A stretch of DNA of 64,000 bases from an uncultured Thermoplasmata archaeon (GCA_964488505.1 CAZAUI010000002.1:71419-135418), one strand, 5' to 3'; shown: positions 1 to 9,360, numbered from the stretch's first letter. The notes: generated from the sequence alone by a model not told the origin. Program-made: numbers and translations.

Positions 1-332
1 TCGCGAACGTCTTCAAGGCGGCCGAGGGGTTCAAGGTCGACGGAGAGCACCTAGCGCTCGACATAATCGACAAGGTGGGCCCGATGGGCAACTTCCTGGC
101 CCAGATGCACACGATGAGGAACATCAAGGAGATTAGGGTGTCGCCTCTCTTCGACAAGAGGAACCCGGACAAGGCGAAGGCAGAGGGCATCAGGCCAATC
201 CAGGACGTCGCGAGGGACATGGCCAAGAAGGTGCTGAAGGAGCACCAGGTCACGCCTCTCGAGAAGGACCAGGACAGACAGCTGGCAGCGGTCGTGAAAG
301 AAGCGGAGAAGACGCTGATCAGGCGCCGATGA
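1..332 (+). CDS. C-terminal fragment of an MttB-superfamily (trimethylamine/quaternary-amine:corrinoid) methyltransferase; the gene starts upstream of the window
   Basis: Frame 3 is open from nt 3 to the TGA at 330-332. The translated block ...GPMGNFLAQMHTMRNIKEIRVSPLFDKRNPDKAKAEG... resembles the conserved C-terminal block (G-x-G-x-FL-x-x-x-HT ... P-x-L-x-D-R) of COG5598/MttB-family enzymes, recalled from memory and not searched. Confidence 0.5.
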   Translation, partial: ANVFKAAEGFKVDGEHLALDIIDKVGPMGNFLAQMHTMRNIKEIRVSPLFDKRNPDKAKAEGIRPIQDVARDMAKKVLKEHQVTPLEKDQDRQLAAVVKEAEKTLIRRR

Positions 333-353
333 GGCCAGGGAAACGATGAAGGG

Positions 354-389
354 CGGCGGGCGTTCGCCCGCCGTTCAATAGGTTTTCTC
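354..389. terminator. Perfect 9-bp GC hairpin (cggcgggcg-tt-cgcccgccg) followed by a T-rich tract (ggttttctc) between two convergent genes; candidate bidirectional terminator
   Basis: Inverted repeat 354-373 read directly from the sequence. It lies in the 60-bp gap between the + gene ending at 332 and the - gene ending at 393. Confidence 0.35.
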
Positions 390-392
390 GGG

Positions 393-3209
393 TCAGGCCG
401 GAGGAGCCTTCATCCTCCTGAACAACAGGACGGCGGCCACCGCGATCACGGCTATTATGGCCACGAGCATGCCGACGACTATCCACGGACCTGCGGGGCC
501 GTCCAATGCGAACAGGCTCGTCTCCACCTCGAACTCGAGCGTTACGGTCGTCTCGTGACCAGCCCTATCCGTCACCGTCACCACGAGTGTGTGTTCCCCG
601 TCTGAGAGGCCCGTGATGGTTATCTCGGCCTCGTCCTCCAAGAAGTCGACATCCCAATCCACACCGTCCAGGTTGACGTCGATGGAAACGACCCCGCTTA
701 CAGCGTCAGAGTATGTTGCAAGGACGACGACCGTGGTCGTTGTGACCTTGAATCCGGTGTCCTTGTCCGTCGTGAGGGACGGCGCACCCATATCAATCCT
801 TACGGTCGCAAGCTGTGTCTCCTCGACATTCCCGGCCAGATCGACTGACCGGTAGGCGAAGTGGTTCTCGCCCTCGGCCGAGATAGTGACCTGGCCGTCA
901 TACTCCGTCCACGAGCCGTTGTTCAGGTACCACTCGGTCATGGCCACGCCCATTCCGTCGTCCGTGACGACCAGGCCCATGTCCACTTCCGTCTGGTACC
1001 AGACAGGGTCAAACGGATTGTCTTCGTACGGATCACCATCCAAGTACGCTACCGTCTCCGGCGCCTCCGCGTCCTCCAGCACGGTTAACGACACCGGGCC
1101 GTACTCGACCTCGTGTCCAGATATCCCAGTCTGGTCGTCTGCAGTCACAGTCAGGTTGTACACGCCTGGTGAGTCGTACGCGTGCATGAATGTGGTCTCA
1201 TAGTACGTCGATTCGTTCGCGAAGAAGGTCAGCGCCTCGGCCGTGCCGTCCCCGAAGTCCAGTTCCAGGAACAGCGCATCCATGTCCTCGTCCTCAGCCG
1301 AGACCGTGAACGACAGAAGGTCGTCGACGTACACGTCCCCCGTCGGCGTCACGAGTGTCAGGTCGGTCGGAGGGGAGTTGCCGGGTGTCACAGGCACGAG
1401 GTCAAACAGGAGCGGGTTCGCGCCCCAGCAAGCATCCAGACTCCTCCCAGGGTCCGCCGCCCAGTCGCCCCATCCGGTGAACGTGTCCGTCCTCCAGGCA
1501 TAGGTCTGGTAGACATAGGCCAATATGATGTACGCGGCGTCATCATAATGGACCCGCTGGCAACTATCTACGTAGCCTTTCCTCTCAACGGAATCCATCT
1601 CGCTGACGGAGGCCCTGTAGCTCGACTCGTAGCTCTCGTTGTAGTAGAGGTTGTCGCTCCAGCCGTTCCAGGCGTACTCCGATTGAACGAAGAGGATGTA
1701 ATTCGGGTCCGGGTCCGACGACCAGCACCAGATGACCGTGTCGTACTGGTAGTGGTAGACCTCGGTTGAGAGGGTGACCTCGTCCACCACCCGAGGCACC
1801 AAGGATACGCCTATCTGGGCCCAGACCTGCGCCAAGTATGAGGCTGTGTAGATCTCCTCATTGTAATCGCGCCTGACGAGCATGTCGAACTCGAGAGGTG
1901 TCCCCTCCGCGACCAGGCCCCATATCACTGCGAGGCTGCTCGCCGACGCGACCCTCACATCAGGGCTCTCAGGGGTGTAGACATAACCTGCATCCTCCAG
2001 GACCTGAGCCGCCGCGTCAAGGTCGAACGGGAACAGTCCGCTCGGCTCAAACTCGTAATGCCACTCATCGATTATCGGTGAGACGAGGGTGGACCCCGGC
2101 TCGGCGTAGCCGCCGTAAAAGGCCTCGGTGATTTGGGTCTTGTTGGTCGCCATCGCCAGCGCGTGCCGGACGGCGGGGTCAAGCCTTGAAGGGTTCGGGC
2201 CGGCGTCGTTCATGTTGAACGCGATCTCGGTCCAGTGCTGAGTGACCTTGAGGCCGTCGTAGGTCTCAATGTCATCCACAAGGCCGCCTCCAATATCGTC
2301 CTTAAGCATGTCATAAGCTCCGAACGGGAGTTGGGCGACGTCGATGTTCCCTTCTCTGAGGTCCACATCAAGGTCCGACACGTCGTCATAGAAGTAGATG
2401 ACTATCTTGTCGAACTGCACCTCCTCGCCCTTGTCGATCGCCCAGTGATAGTCGGGGTTCCGGACAAGGGTGATGTGGTCTCCCTCTAGGTACTCGTCCT
2501 CGATGTAGGTGGTCGCCGTGAACGGCCCAGTGCCCACTATCGGGTGTCCCGGTGATTCCTCCTCGGAAAAGAGTCCGTTCCACATGAACCCAATCTCACC
2601 CGGGGTCAGGTCCCCCAGCAGGTGCATCGGGAGCATGCGCAGGTGCAGCGAATCCCCGAACGCCACCGGGATCGGCTCCTCCGTATCACGGTCGTAGTAA
2701 TGGACTCTGACCGTGTCGCTGTCGACCGCCTCCGCGTAATCCATGAAGTTCGAGTAGGGCTGGTACGCCCACATGTAATCGAAGTAGCCTGCGTTCAGGT
2801 TTATGTTCCAGACGACATCGTCCACGGTGAACCACTCGCCGTCGTGCCATTTCGCGTTCGGCGTGATGTTGTACTCCCAGACGGATCCGTACGGCTCGCC
2901 TGAGGCCACGAGCGCGGGGTCTGTATCCGGGACTGCCCACCAACCGGTCACGAGGTTGCCGACGGTCTCCATGTCGTCCCCCACGGAGAACAACGAATCA
3001 TAGACGAGGCCGTAGAATTCGTGCGACATATCCGTGAGCCCAACATACGGGTTGAGATCATCGACCCGTTCCAAAGAACCGATCCTGAGGATGGTCTCAG
3101 TCGCTGCGATAGAAGCTCCCTCACTCGTGGGCCCCTGCGCATCCGATGCCGTCCACGGAACGCTCATGCACACTGCCAAGGCCAAGGCTGCGAATACCAC
3201 CAATCTCAT
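393..3209 (-). CDS. Family-5 (peptide/nickel-type) extracellular solute-binding protein with signal peptide, C-terminal PKD domain plus Ig-like domains and a C-terminal TM anchor
   Basis: ORF 393..3266 has a likely true start at the internal ATG 3207-3209 (MRLVVFAALALAVCMSVPWTASDA signal peptide, preceded by GGAGTGGG SD). The N-terminal 560 aa match the SBP_bac_5 pattern (SGEPYGSVWEYNITPNAKWHDGEWFTVDDVVWN). A PKD signature LDFGDGT...YDSPGVYNLTVTADD follows, then Y-x-S-x-D-x-AGN Ig-like modules, then the hydrophobic tail PWIVVGMLVAIIAVIAVAAVLLFRRMK. Confidence 0.85.
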   Translation of the reverse strand: MRLVVFAALALAVCMSVPWTASDAQGPTSEGASIAATETILRIGSLERVDDLNPYVGLTDMSHEFYGLVYDSLFSVGDDMETVGNLVTGWWAVPDTDPALVASGEPYGSVWEYNITPNAKWHDGEWFTVDDVVWNINLNAGYFDYMWAYQPYSNFMDYAEAVDSDTVRVHYYDRDTEEPIPVAFGDSLHLRMLPMHLLGDLTPGEIGFMWNGLFSEEESPGHPIVGTGPFTATTYIEDEYLEGDHITLVRNPDYHWAIDKGEEVQFDKIVIYFYDDVSDLDVDLREGNIDVAQLPFGAYDMLKDDIGGGLVDDIETYDGLKVTQHWTEIAFNMNDAGPNPSRLDPAVRHALAMATNKTQITEAFYGGYAEPGSTLVSPIIDEWHYEFEPSGLFPFDLDAAAQVLEDAGYVYTPESPDVRVASASSLAVIWGLVAEGTPLEFDMLVRRDYNEEIYTASYLAQVWAQIGVSLVPRVVDEVTLSTEVYHYQYDTVIWCWSSDPDPNYILFVQSEYAWNGWSDNLYYNESYESSYRASVSEMDSVERKGYVDSCQRVHYDDAAYIILAYVYQTYAWRTDTFTGWGDWAADPGRSLDACWGANPLLFDLVPVTPGNSPPTDLTLVTPTGDVYVDDLLSFTVSAEDEDMDALFLELDFGDGTAEALTFFANESTYYETTFMHAYDSPGVYNLTVTADDQTGISGHEVEYGPVSLTVLEDAEAPETVAYLDGDPYEDNPFDPVWYQTEVDMGLVVTDDGMGVAMTEWYLNNGSWTEYDGQVTISAEGENHFAYRSVDLAGNVEETQLATVRIDMGAPSLTTDKDTGFKVTTTTVVVLATYSDAVSGVVSIDVNLDGVDWDVDFLEDEAEITITGLSDGEHTLVVTVTDRAGHETTVTLEFEVETSLFALDGPAGPWIVVGMLVAIIAVIAVAAVLLFRRMKAPPA

Positions 3210-3282
3210 CCAGACCCACTCCGACGATAGGCAGGCTCTCCCGCCATTCCCGGAATGCGATTGCACGCGGAGCTATAAGAAT
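3210..3282 (-). promoter_or_regulatory. Conserved about 70-nt 5' leader/promoter block shared with the paralog at 5794-5866 (CTATAAGAAT box at -64, GGAGTGGG SD at -12)
   Basis: Direct alignment of 3210-3283 with 5794-5870 shows near-identity (acccactcc..gGCAGG..tcccgGAaTGCGATT..CTATAAGAAT) immediately upstream of both signal-peptide ATGs. Confidence 0.4.
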
Positions 3283-3360
3283 CTGCCCTAGACCGCCGAC
3301 AGCTAGCGTGCCACGTATCGATTCCGGCTCGTACCACGGGAAATGGACCCGTGCCGTCGC

Positions 3361-5793
3361 TCAGGCCGCAGGAGGCGGAGGAGGCGCCTCCGACTTCTTA
3401 CGATTGGACAGGACGAGATAGGCGGCCACGGCCACGACTGCTATCACCAACGCGGCCGCTGCGACCATCGCGACGATCTCGAGCGTCGACATCGGGTCGC
3501 TTTCGACGACTTCTAGGCTCTCCGCAATCTCCTCGAACACGGCCGCATATCCCTCGTAGAAGTCCGAATGAACGGTGCATATGATGGCCCAGACCTTCGA
3601 GCTCTCGGCGTCCGCGTAGATGGTGAGGTCCTGCGCTAACGGCGTCGAATCCCATTCGTACGCGAACCTCAGCGCGGAGTAGTTCGTCCCTTCCCAGTAC
3701 ACGGGCGAGAGGATCATCGTGGTCGATGTCCCCTGTTCCTCCAACCCATCGAGAGTCTTGTTCATCTCGGACTCGAGGTACTCCCTGGTCTCCTCGACTC
3801 CTTTCGCGGATTCGTGTTCGACAATGATGTTCGTCTGTGAATTGTCATGAACCGGTCCCTTGATGACCAAGTCGTAAGTCCTGTCGAGAATGGCCACGTC
3901 CTCCTCCAACGTCCAGCCCTCCGGGACGAGCATGCTGAAGCTACCCTCGCGCCCGTAAGGCACCAGTTGGACATCCGAGGTCTCGGCGACGAGGTCGAAG
4001 AGGAGCGGGTTCGCGCCCCAGCGGGCGTCAAGGCTCCTACCAGGGTCCTCTGCCCAGTCGCCCCACCCGGTGAACGTGTCCGTCCTCCAGGCGTAGGTCT
4101 GGTGGATATAGGCGAGCACGATGTATCCGACATCGCGATAGTGTATCCTCTGGCAGTTGTCCACATGCGTCTTCCTCGTCTCGCGGTCCAAGGAGTTCAC
4201 AGACGCGGTGTAGTTCGCTTCGAAGGATGCGTTGTAGTACGTGTTGTCGCTCCAGCCGTACCACGCGTAACTCGACTGGCAGAAGAGGATGCTGTTCGGG
4301 TCCGGGTCGACCCTCCAATGAGACAGCTCGAGGTCATAGCTGTACGGGTCGGTGGGCCAATAGTCAACCATGAGACGAGGGACAAGGTCCATGCCTACCT
4401 CGGCCCACATGTCTGCGAGGGCCTGCGCCATCTCCATGTCCAACGGATCGTCGTCAAAGATCAGAATATCGAAAGTGAGCGCGTCGCCCAAAGACGCCCA
4501 ACCCTGCTCATACGCGAGGCTGTCCTCGGTCACGACCCTCACGTCCGGGCTCTCGTTCGTGTACACGTACCCCGCATCCTCCAGCTCCTCCGCGGCCATG
4601 TCCAGGTCGAACGGGAACGACTCGTCAGGTGTCAGCTCCAGGTGCCAGTCGACGACAGGTGATATGAGGGTGGACCCCGGCTCGGCGTAGCCCTGGTAGA
4701 GAGTCTCAGTGATGTATGTCTTGTTCGTCGCCATCGCCATGGCCCGCCTGACCGCGGGGTCGAGCCTCGCCTTGTTCGGACCGTCGGGATTCATGTTTAT
4801 CGCGACGTCCGTCCAGCCCTGGTCCGGGGACAGGCCGTCGAAGGTCTCGATGTCTGTGAGGTCGCCGGAGATGACGGCAGCCTTGATCTCCTCGTAGGTC
4901 GTGCCGGGCAACTCGGCGATGTCGACCTCCCCCGCAAGAAGCGCCGATGACAGGTCGGTCTCGTTCTCGAAGTATTTGAGGACGATCTTGTCTATCCGCA
5001 CCTCCAGGCCCCAGTCGGCCGCCCAGTGGTAGTCTGGGTTCCTCACGAGTGTCAGATCGCGGCCCTCGGTATAGTCTTCCCAGAAATCCGGTGTGCCTGT
5101 GAACGGACCAGTGCCGACAATTGGATAGCCTGGAGATTCGTCCTCTGAGAAGACCCCGTTCCAGGTGAAGCTGATGTCGCCGACGCCGTACTCGGACAGC
5201 AAGTGTCTCGGGAGCATCCTGATCACGAGCGAGTCACCATAGGCGACTGGCATCGGTTCCCCGGTCTCCCTGTCGGAGTAGTGTATCCTGACCGTGTCCC
5301 CGTCGACTGGCTCCGCGTAGTCGATGAAGTACGCGTAACTCTGATAGGGCCATATGTATTCGTAGTTCTCCGAATGCAGGTTCACGTTCCAGACTACATC
5401 TTCCACGGTGAACCACTCGCCGTCGTGCCACTTGGCATTCTGGCTTATGTTGTACTCCCAGACCGACCCGTACGGCTCACCTGAGGCCACCAGTTCTGGA
5501 TCGTCCTCAGGGACGACCCACCAGCTCGTCGCCAGGTTGCCTACGGCCTCGAGGTCGTTCCCCATGGTGATCAGGGAATCGTACACGAGGCTGTAGAACA
5601 GATGTGCCGTATCGGTGAGACCGACGTTCGGGTTGATATCGTCGACTTGCTGCAGGAGCCCTATCCTCAGGACAGCCTCCTCCTGCGCAGCCCCGGACAG
5701 CGTCCCACTGGCAGACCACGAATCCTGAGGCGGGACAGAAGACATGCCCATACAGATTGTAACGGCAAAGGCCAGAACTACCACCGACTTCAT
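3361..5793 (-). CDS. Family-5 extracellular solute-binding protein (tandem paralog of 393..3209) with signal peptide, C-terminal alpha/beta domain and TM anchor
   Basis: ORF 3361..5850 has an internal ATG at 5791-5793 that gives the signal peptide MKSVVVLAFAVTICMGMSSV. Residues 60-620 are about 65% identical to the upstream paralog (SGEPYGSVWEYNISQNAKWHDGEWFTVEDVVWN). The C-terminal TM is AMVAAAALVIAVVAVAAYLVLSNRKK. Confidence 0.85.
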   Translation of the reverse strand: MKSVVVLAFAVTICMGMSSVPPQDSWSASGTLSGAAQEEAVLRIGLLQQVDDINPNVGLTDTAHLFYSLVYDSLITMGNDLEAVGNLATSWWVVPEDDPELVASGEPYGSVWEYNISQNAKWHDGEWFTVEDVVWNVNLHSENYEYIWPYQSYAYFIDYAEPVDGDTVRIHYSDRETGEPMPVAYGDSLVIRMLPRHLLSEYGVGDISFTWNGVFSEDESPGYPIVGTGPFTGTPDFWEDYTEGRDLTLVRNPDYHWAADWGLEVRIDKIVLKYFENETDLSSALLAGEVDIAELPGTTYEEIKAAVISGDLTDIETFDGLSPDQGWTDVAINMNPDGPNKARLDPAVRRAMAMATNKTYITETLYQGYAEPGSTLISPVVDWHLELTPDESFPFDLDMAAEELEDAGYVYTNESPDVRVVTEDSLAYEQGWASLGDALTFDILIFDDDPLDMEMAQALADMWAEVGMDLVPRLMVDYWPTDPYSYDLELSHWRVDPDPNSILFCQSSYAWYGWSDNTYYNASFEANYTASVNSLDRETRKTHVDNCQRIHYRDVGYIVLAYIHQTYAWRTDTFTGWGDWAEDPGRSLDARWGANPLLFDLVAETSDVQLVPYGREGSFSMLVPEGWTLEEDVAILDRTYDLVIKGPVHDNSQTNIIVEHESAKGVEETREYLESEMNKTLDGLEEQGTSTTMILSPVYWEGTNYSALRFAYEWDSTPLAQDLTIYADAESSKVWAIICTVHSDFYEGYAAVFEEIAESLEVVESDPMSTLEIVAMVAAAALVIAVVAVAAYLVLSNRKKSEAPPPPPAA

Positions 5794-5866
5794 CGAACCC
5801 ACTCCAGACAGCGGCAGGTTGTGCCGCTGCTCCCGATGCGATTCAGCCATCTAAGACTATAAGAAT
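5794..5866 (-). promoter_or_regulatory. Second copy of the conserved 5' leader/promoter block (CTATAAGAAT box, GGAGTGGG SD)
   Basis: See 3210-3282; identical spacing (box begins 64 nt upstream of the ATG). Confidence 0.4.
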
Positions 5867-5924
5867 TGTGTGTCAGAAAGCGTGACCGAGCGCATCCCAT
5901 CCGCAATCCCGCAAACGCCCGACA

Positions 5925-6779
5925 TCACGCGGACTTGACTGCGGAGATCTTGGAGCTCGCGACGATACCCGACAGGTCCATCCTGTCCTCAGCCCCGGAG
6001 AATCCGCGCACCACTGGCTCGCTCGCAGCGCCTGAGCCTCCGATGTATCCGCTGAGCTGCTCGTGCGAGAACACGACCCTGTCCTCCACTTTCACGTCCG
6101 TGAAGCCTGCGGCATCCATCAGACCGATGTACTCCGATTCGAGCACGGCGCCGGACACGCAACTCGACCACGCGGCCATGTCCCCCCTGAGCGACTCGGG
6201 CAGGTCTTTCAAGAGCACTATGTCCGATACCGCGAGCTTCCCGCCAGGCCTCAGCACTCTGAACGCTTCGTCGAACACCTGCTGCTTCTGAGGCGAGAGG
6301 TTGATCACGCAGTTCGATATGACGACGTCCGCGCAGCCGTCCGGAAGAGGTATGTGCTCTATCTCCCCGAGCCGGAACTCGACGTTGTCGAAACCGTTCT
6401 CGCGGGCGGTCTTCCTAGCCCTGTGGATCATCTCAGGGGTGGCGTCGATGCCGTACACCTTCCCCTTCGGGCCGACCTTCTTGGACGACAGGAACGCGTC
6501 TATCCCGCCGCCGCTCCCGAGGTCCACGACGGTCATGCCCGCCTTGAGACCGGCGATCGCGGTCGGATTCCCACAGCCCGCGCTGACAGATGTAGACTCC
6601 TCAGGGAGCGAGAGCACGTCCGAGTCGGGGTACAGCCCGGAGCAGCCGCACATGGTCGACTTGTCGGAGCCACAGCAGGGAGACTGCTTGAGCGCCAACT
6701 CCTTGTACCTGTCCCTGACCGCGCGCCTGACCTCGTCCTCGTGGGCGGCTCCTGTGGATTTGCGGACCTTGCGTGCCAT
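5925..6779 (-). CDS. arsM: Arsenite S-adenosylmethionine methyltransferase (ArsM/AS3MT family)
   Basis: Class-I SAM methyltransferase motif VVDLGSGGGIDAFLSS...VYGIDATPEMI...ADVVISNCVINL is flanked by conserved Cys pairs (N-terminal CCGSDKSTMCGCSG and the central SNCVINL cysteine), typical of ArsM. Confidence 0.75.
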   Translation of the reverse strand: MARKVRKSTGAAHEDEVRRAVRDRYKELALKQSPCCGSDKSTMCGCSGLYPDSDVLSLPEESTSVSAGCGNPTAIAGLKAGMTVVDLGSGGGIDAFLSSKKVGPKGKVYGIDATPEMIHRARKTARENGFDNVEFRLGEIEHIPLPDGCADVVISNCVINLSPQKQQVFDEAFRVLRPGGKLAVSDIVLLKDLPESLRGDMAAWSSCVSGAVLESEYIGLMDAAGFTDVKVEDRVVFSHEQLSGYIGGSGAASEPVVRGFSGAEDRMDLSGIVASSKISAVKSA

Positions 6780-6914
6780 CGCTGTCGCATCCTCGGACTA
6801 GACCAGACACGAGGTTGTCTTTATCTCTTTCGCCTAGTCTTCGGGATATTGACTTGTCCCAAACGGCTTTAGATGGGGACGACCATAGCGCCCCGGAGCA
6901 CCTGGAGAGTTCGG

Positions 6915-7772
6915 ATGGCGTCCAAAGGCTTCCTCAGCAAGGTGACGGCCAAAGGCCGGATTCTGGGCCTGGGATTCATGATCGCGGGCCTGTTGTCGCT
7001 CTTGTTCGCAGTTTCGGCGCACATGGGCGTGGACGACCTCATGCCCACGACGGACCCTGCGGACATGCAACGGATATCCGACCTCGAGGACCAACGGGCG
7101 GTGCTCCTGAACCTTGCTTTCGGAGCGTTCTTCTTAGGTGTGTTCGCCCTGGTCGTGATGACGGAACGGACACTTCCTGCGGACATCGCCCAGAGGCAGA
7201 TGATGTCGCAGGCGAGGTTCATGAACGAGCTCGTGACCGGAATGGAGCTGAAGGGCTCGGCAGTGTACTTACCGGCGAAGGCCGCCCTGACGCACGAGAA
7301 GATCCTGATACCTGCGGCTGAAGGCGATGTAGCCCTCCCGACCGTGACGGACGAACTTGTCATCTCACTCGGCCCGGACAAAGCCACGCTTGGGGTACTC
7401 CTCACGCCTCCGGGACTCGACCTGCTCGACGGGTTCGAGAAGGACATGGCCGTGTCCAACAAGGACGCTGGCCTGGAGGCCTTCGAAGGGAACATGCAGA
7501 TAGCGAAGCTCGGCATCGGACTCGTGAAGGATTTCAAGCTCAAGGAGCGCGGAGGCGAGACGATACTCAGGATAGAGCACTCCGCCTTCGCGGACGGCTG
7601 CAGGACCATCAGGGAGCTCATGCCGGACGTGTGCAGACAGGCGGCTTGCCCAATCTGTTCGGCGTTCCTGACAGGGATAGCGCGCTCGACGGGCAAGATA
7701 GTCAAGGTGAAGAAGGTCGAGAATGACACTGACCGCATACAGTTCCACCTCGAACTCGCTCCCTGGGAATGA
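6915..7772 (+). CDS. Hypothetical membrane protein (2 TM) with C-terminal Cys cluster (C-x6-C-x5-C-x2-C)
   Basis: ORF 6873..7772; ATG at 6915 is preceded by GGAGAG at -6. Two hydrophobic helices (ILGLGFMIAGLLSLLFAV; LNLAFGAFFLGVFALVVM). C-terminal ...GCRTIRELMPDVCRQAACPICSAF...; no family recognised. Confidence 0.5.
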   Translation: MASKGFLSKVTAKGRILGLGFMIAGLLSLLFAVSAHMGVDDLMPTTDPADMQRISDLEDQRAVLLNLAFGAFFLGVFALVVMTERTLPADIAQRQMMSQARFMNELVTGMELKGSAVYLPAKAALTHEKILIPAAEGDVALPTVTDELVISLGPDKATLGVLLTPPGLDLLDGFEKDMAVSNKDAGLEAFEGNMQIAKLGIGLVKDFKLKERGGETILRIEHSAFADGCRTIRELMPDVCRQAACPICSAFLTGIARSTGKIVKVKKVENDTDRIQFHLELAPWE

Positions 7773-7887
7773 CGCGGTTTGGGTGGATGGGTCTTTGCCA
7801 CTAGGAGTAGAACCTCAGCTCTTGAGAATTGACTGAAAGCGATAGACAGGGTTCTTATATCGCAATCATCTTCTCAATCCGATTCAG

Positions 7888-8880
7888 TTGGCGAAGAAGG
7901 TCCAGAAGGAGCCCGAGGAGAAGAAGGACACGCCTCCAAAGCCGAATCCCTCGCGGTTCCACTTCGAAGTGCGCGAGAAGCCGTACGACCTCGTGCTCTG
8001 CATCGTTCTCGCCCTCGTCCTTGTCGCCCTCGTCTTCCTCGTGCCGGACAGCCTCGCGAGGCAGATCCTGGGGCTGGTGTTCGTCCTGTTCCTCCCAGGA
8101 TATGCGGCCACCGCGGCACTGTTCCCCGAGGACGACCAGATTGACGGCATCGAGAGGGTCGCGCTCAGCTTCGGCCTGAGCATAGCCATCGTCCCGCTCA
8201 TCGGCCTCGCCCTCAACTTCACCCCGTTCGGGATCAGGCTCGACCCCATACTTGCCTCTGTGTCCGCGTTCATAGTCGCGGCGTCCCTGGTCGGATGGTA
8301 CAGGCGCATGAGGCTCCCGGAGGACGAACGGTTCTCTATCATCATAGATGTCGAGATTGACTGGAAAGCCATGCCGGTCGTGGACAAGCTGCTCACGATC
8401 GGGATTGCGGTCATGCTCGTCGCATCGGTCATTGTCCTCGCGTGGGCCGTGACGACCCCCAGGGTCGGCGAGACCTTCACGCAGCTTGCGCTGCTGGGCC
8501 CCGGAGGCATGGCGACGGACTACCCGAGGAACCTGACAGTCGGAGAGGATGCGAGGGTCCTCCTGAGCGTGAAATCGTTCGAGCACGAGCCGAAGAACTA
8601 CACAATCGTGATCGTGCTCACGAACTCAACTGACTATAACTTCACTGTGAGCGGGGTAGCAATTGACTGGAACTCGACTCAGGAACTGACGCCCTATGTG
8701 GGCATCGCCCAGGACTTCGCCCTGGAGCATCTCGAGTACTACAACAGGACCTTCGAGTTCAATGTGACCGAGAACGGCACATGGAAGCTGCAGTTCCTCC
8801 TCTACGCCGAAGGACAGGAGTTCACGCAGGAGTCGTACAGGGAGGTGCATCTGTGGCTCGTTGTCTCTCCGATGGAATGA
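7888..8880 (+). CDS. Archaeal membrane protein, DUF1616-like architecture (N-terminal 4 TM, C-terminal extracytoplasmic domain dense in N-glycosylation sequons)
   Basis: N-terminal Lys/Pro-rich tail, 4 predicted TM helices, then a C-terminal 150 aa with 8 N-x-S/T sequons (NLTV, NYTI, NSTD, NFTV, NSTQ, NRTF, NVTE, NGTW). The overall layout matches DUF1616 proteins of archaea (recall, not searched). Confidence 0.55.
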   Translation: MAKKVQKEPEEKKDTPPKPNPSRFHFEVREKPYDLVLCIVLALVLVALVFLVPDSLARQILGLVFVLFLPGYAATAALFPEDDQIDGIERVALSFGLSIAIVPLIGLALNFTPFGIRLDPILASVSAFIVAASLVGWYRRMRLPEDERFSIIIDVEIDWKAMPVVDKLLTIGIAVMLVASVIVLAWAVTTPRVGETFTQLALLGPGGMATDYPRNLTVGEDARVLLSVKSFEHEPKNYTIVIVLTNSTDYNFTVSGVAIDWNSTQELTPYVGIAQDFALEHLEYYNRTFEFNVTENGTWKLQFLLYAEGQEFTQESYREVHLWLVVSPME

Positions 8881-9360
8881 TTACTCGCCCGCATCCGGCC
8901 TGAGAGCCTCCAGAGCCTGCTTGGTCTGTTCCCTCAGGTCCGCATACTCCATCTTGTTCCGCGGAGTCACTGACGGATCATCCAGGTACATCCCGATGTG
9001 GCGAATCCTCTCTTCTACGTGACGAACATCCCTCAGTGACAGTGCCAGCCGTAGCTCGACCCTCATCGCCTCGAGATGCGCGTCGTCCACCTTCTGCATG
9101 TTCTTGACGATGACATCCTTCGTCAACTTCAACCCCATCGCCTTGACCTTCTCGATCTCCACGAGCTCGTGCGCCACGTACAATGGGTTGCGGATGACTT
9201 GCTCAAATTCATCGCCTTGGTCGTAGGGGGTGTCCGCCTGGAACCACAGCAGGAACTCGTCCATGGTAGTTCCGCATTCATAGCCTATGCCGCTAAGCAG
9301 GGCTCTTGCGTTTTCCACTGCATTCCTAACCTCTTCGTCTCTGACCATCTGCGTTCTCAC
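8881..9360 (-). CDS. Hypothetical acidic cytoplasmic protein (159 aa)
   Basis: Protein-like composition and amphipathic pattern. The overlapping + frame (9076-9474) is Leu/His-rich antisense-type sequence. Confidence 0.5.
   Translation of the reverse strand: MRTQMVRDEEVRNAVENARALLSGIGYECGTTMDEFLLWFQADTPYDQGDEFEQVIRNPLYVAHELVEIEKVKAMGLKLTKDVIVKNMQKVDDAHLEAMRVELRLALSLRDVRHVEERIRHIGMYLDDPSVTPRNKMEYADLREQTKQALEALRPDAGE

Noticed and set aside
1182-1769. 195-aa + ORF, and similar (3847..4662, 6063..6872, 6869..7801, 7855..8586, 39639..40553, 48931..49938)
   Set aside because: Each lies opposite or out of frame to a gene with clear family signatures; composition (R/H/L/G/P-rich) typical of spurious ORFs in 60-65% GC DNA.
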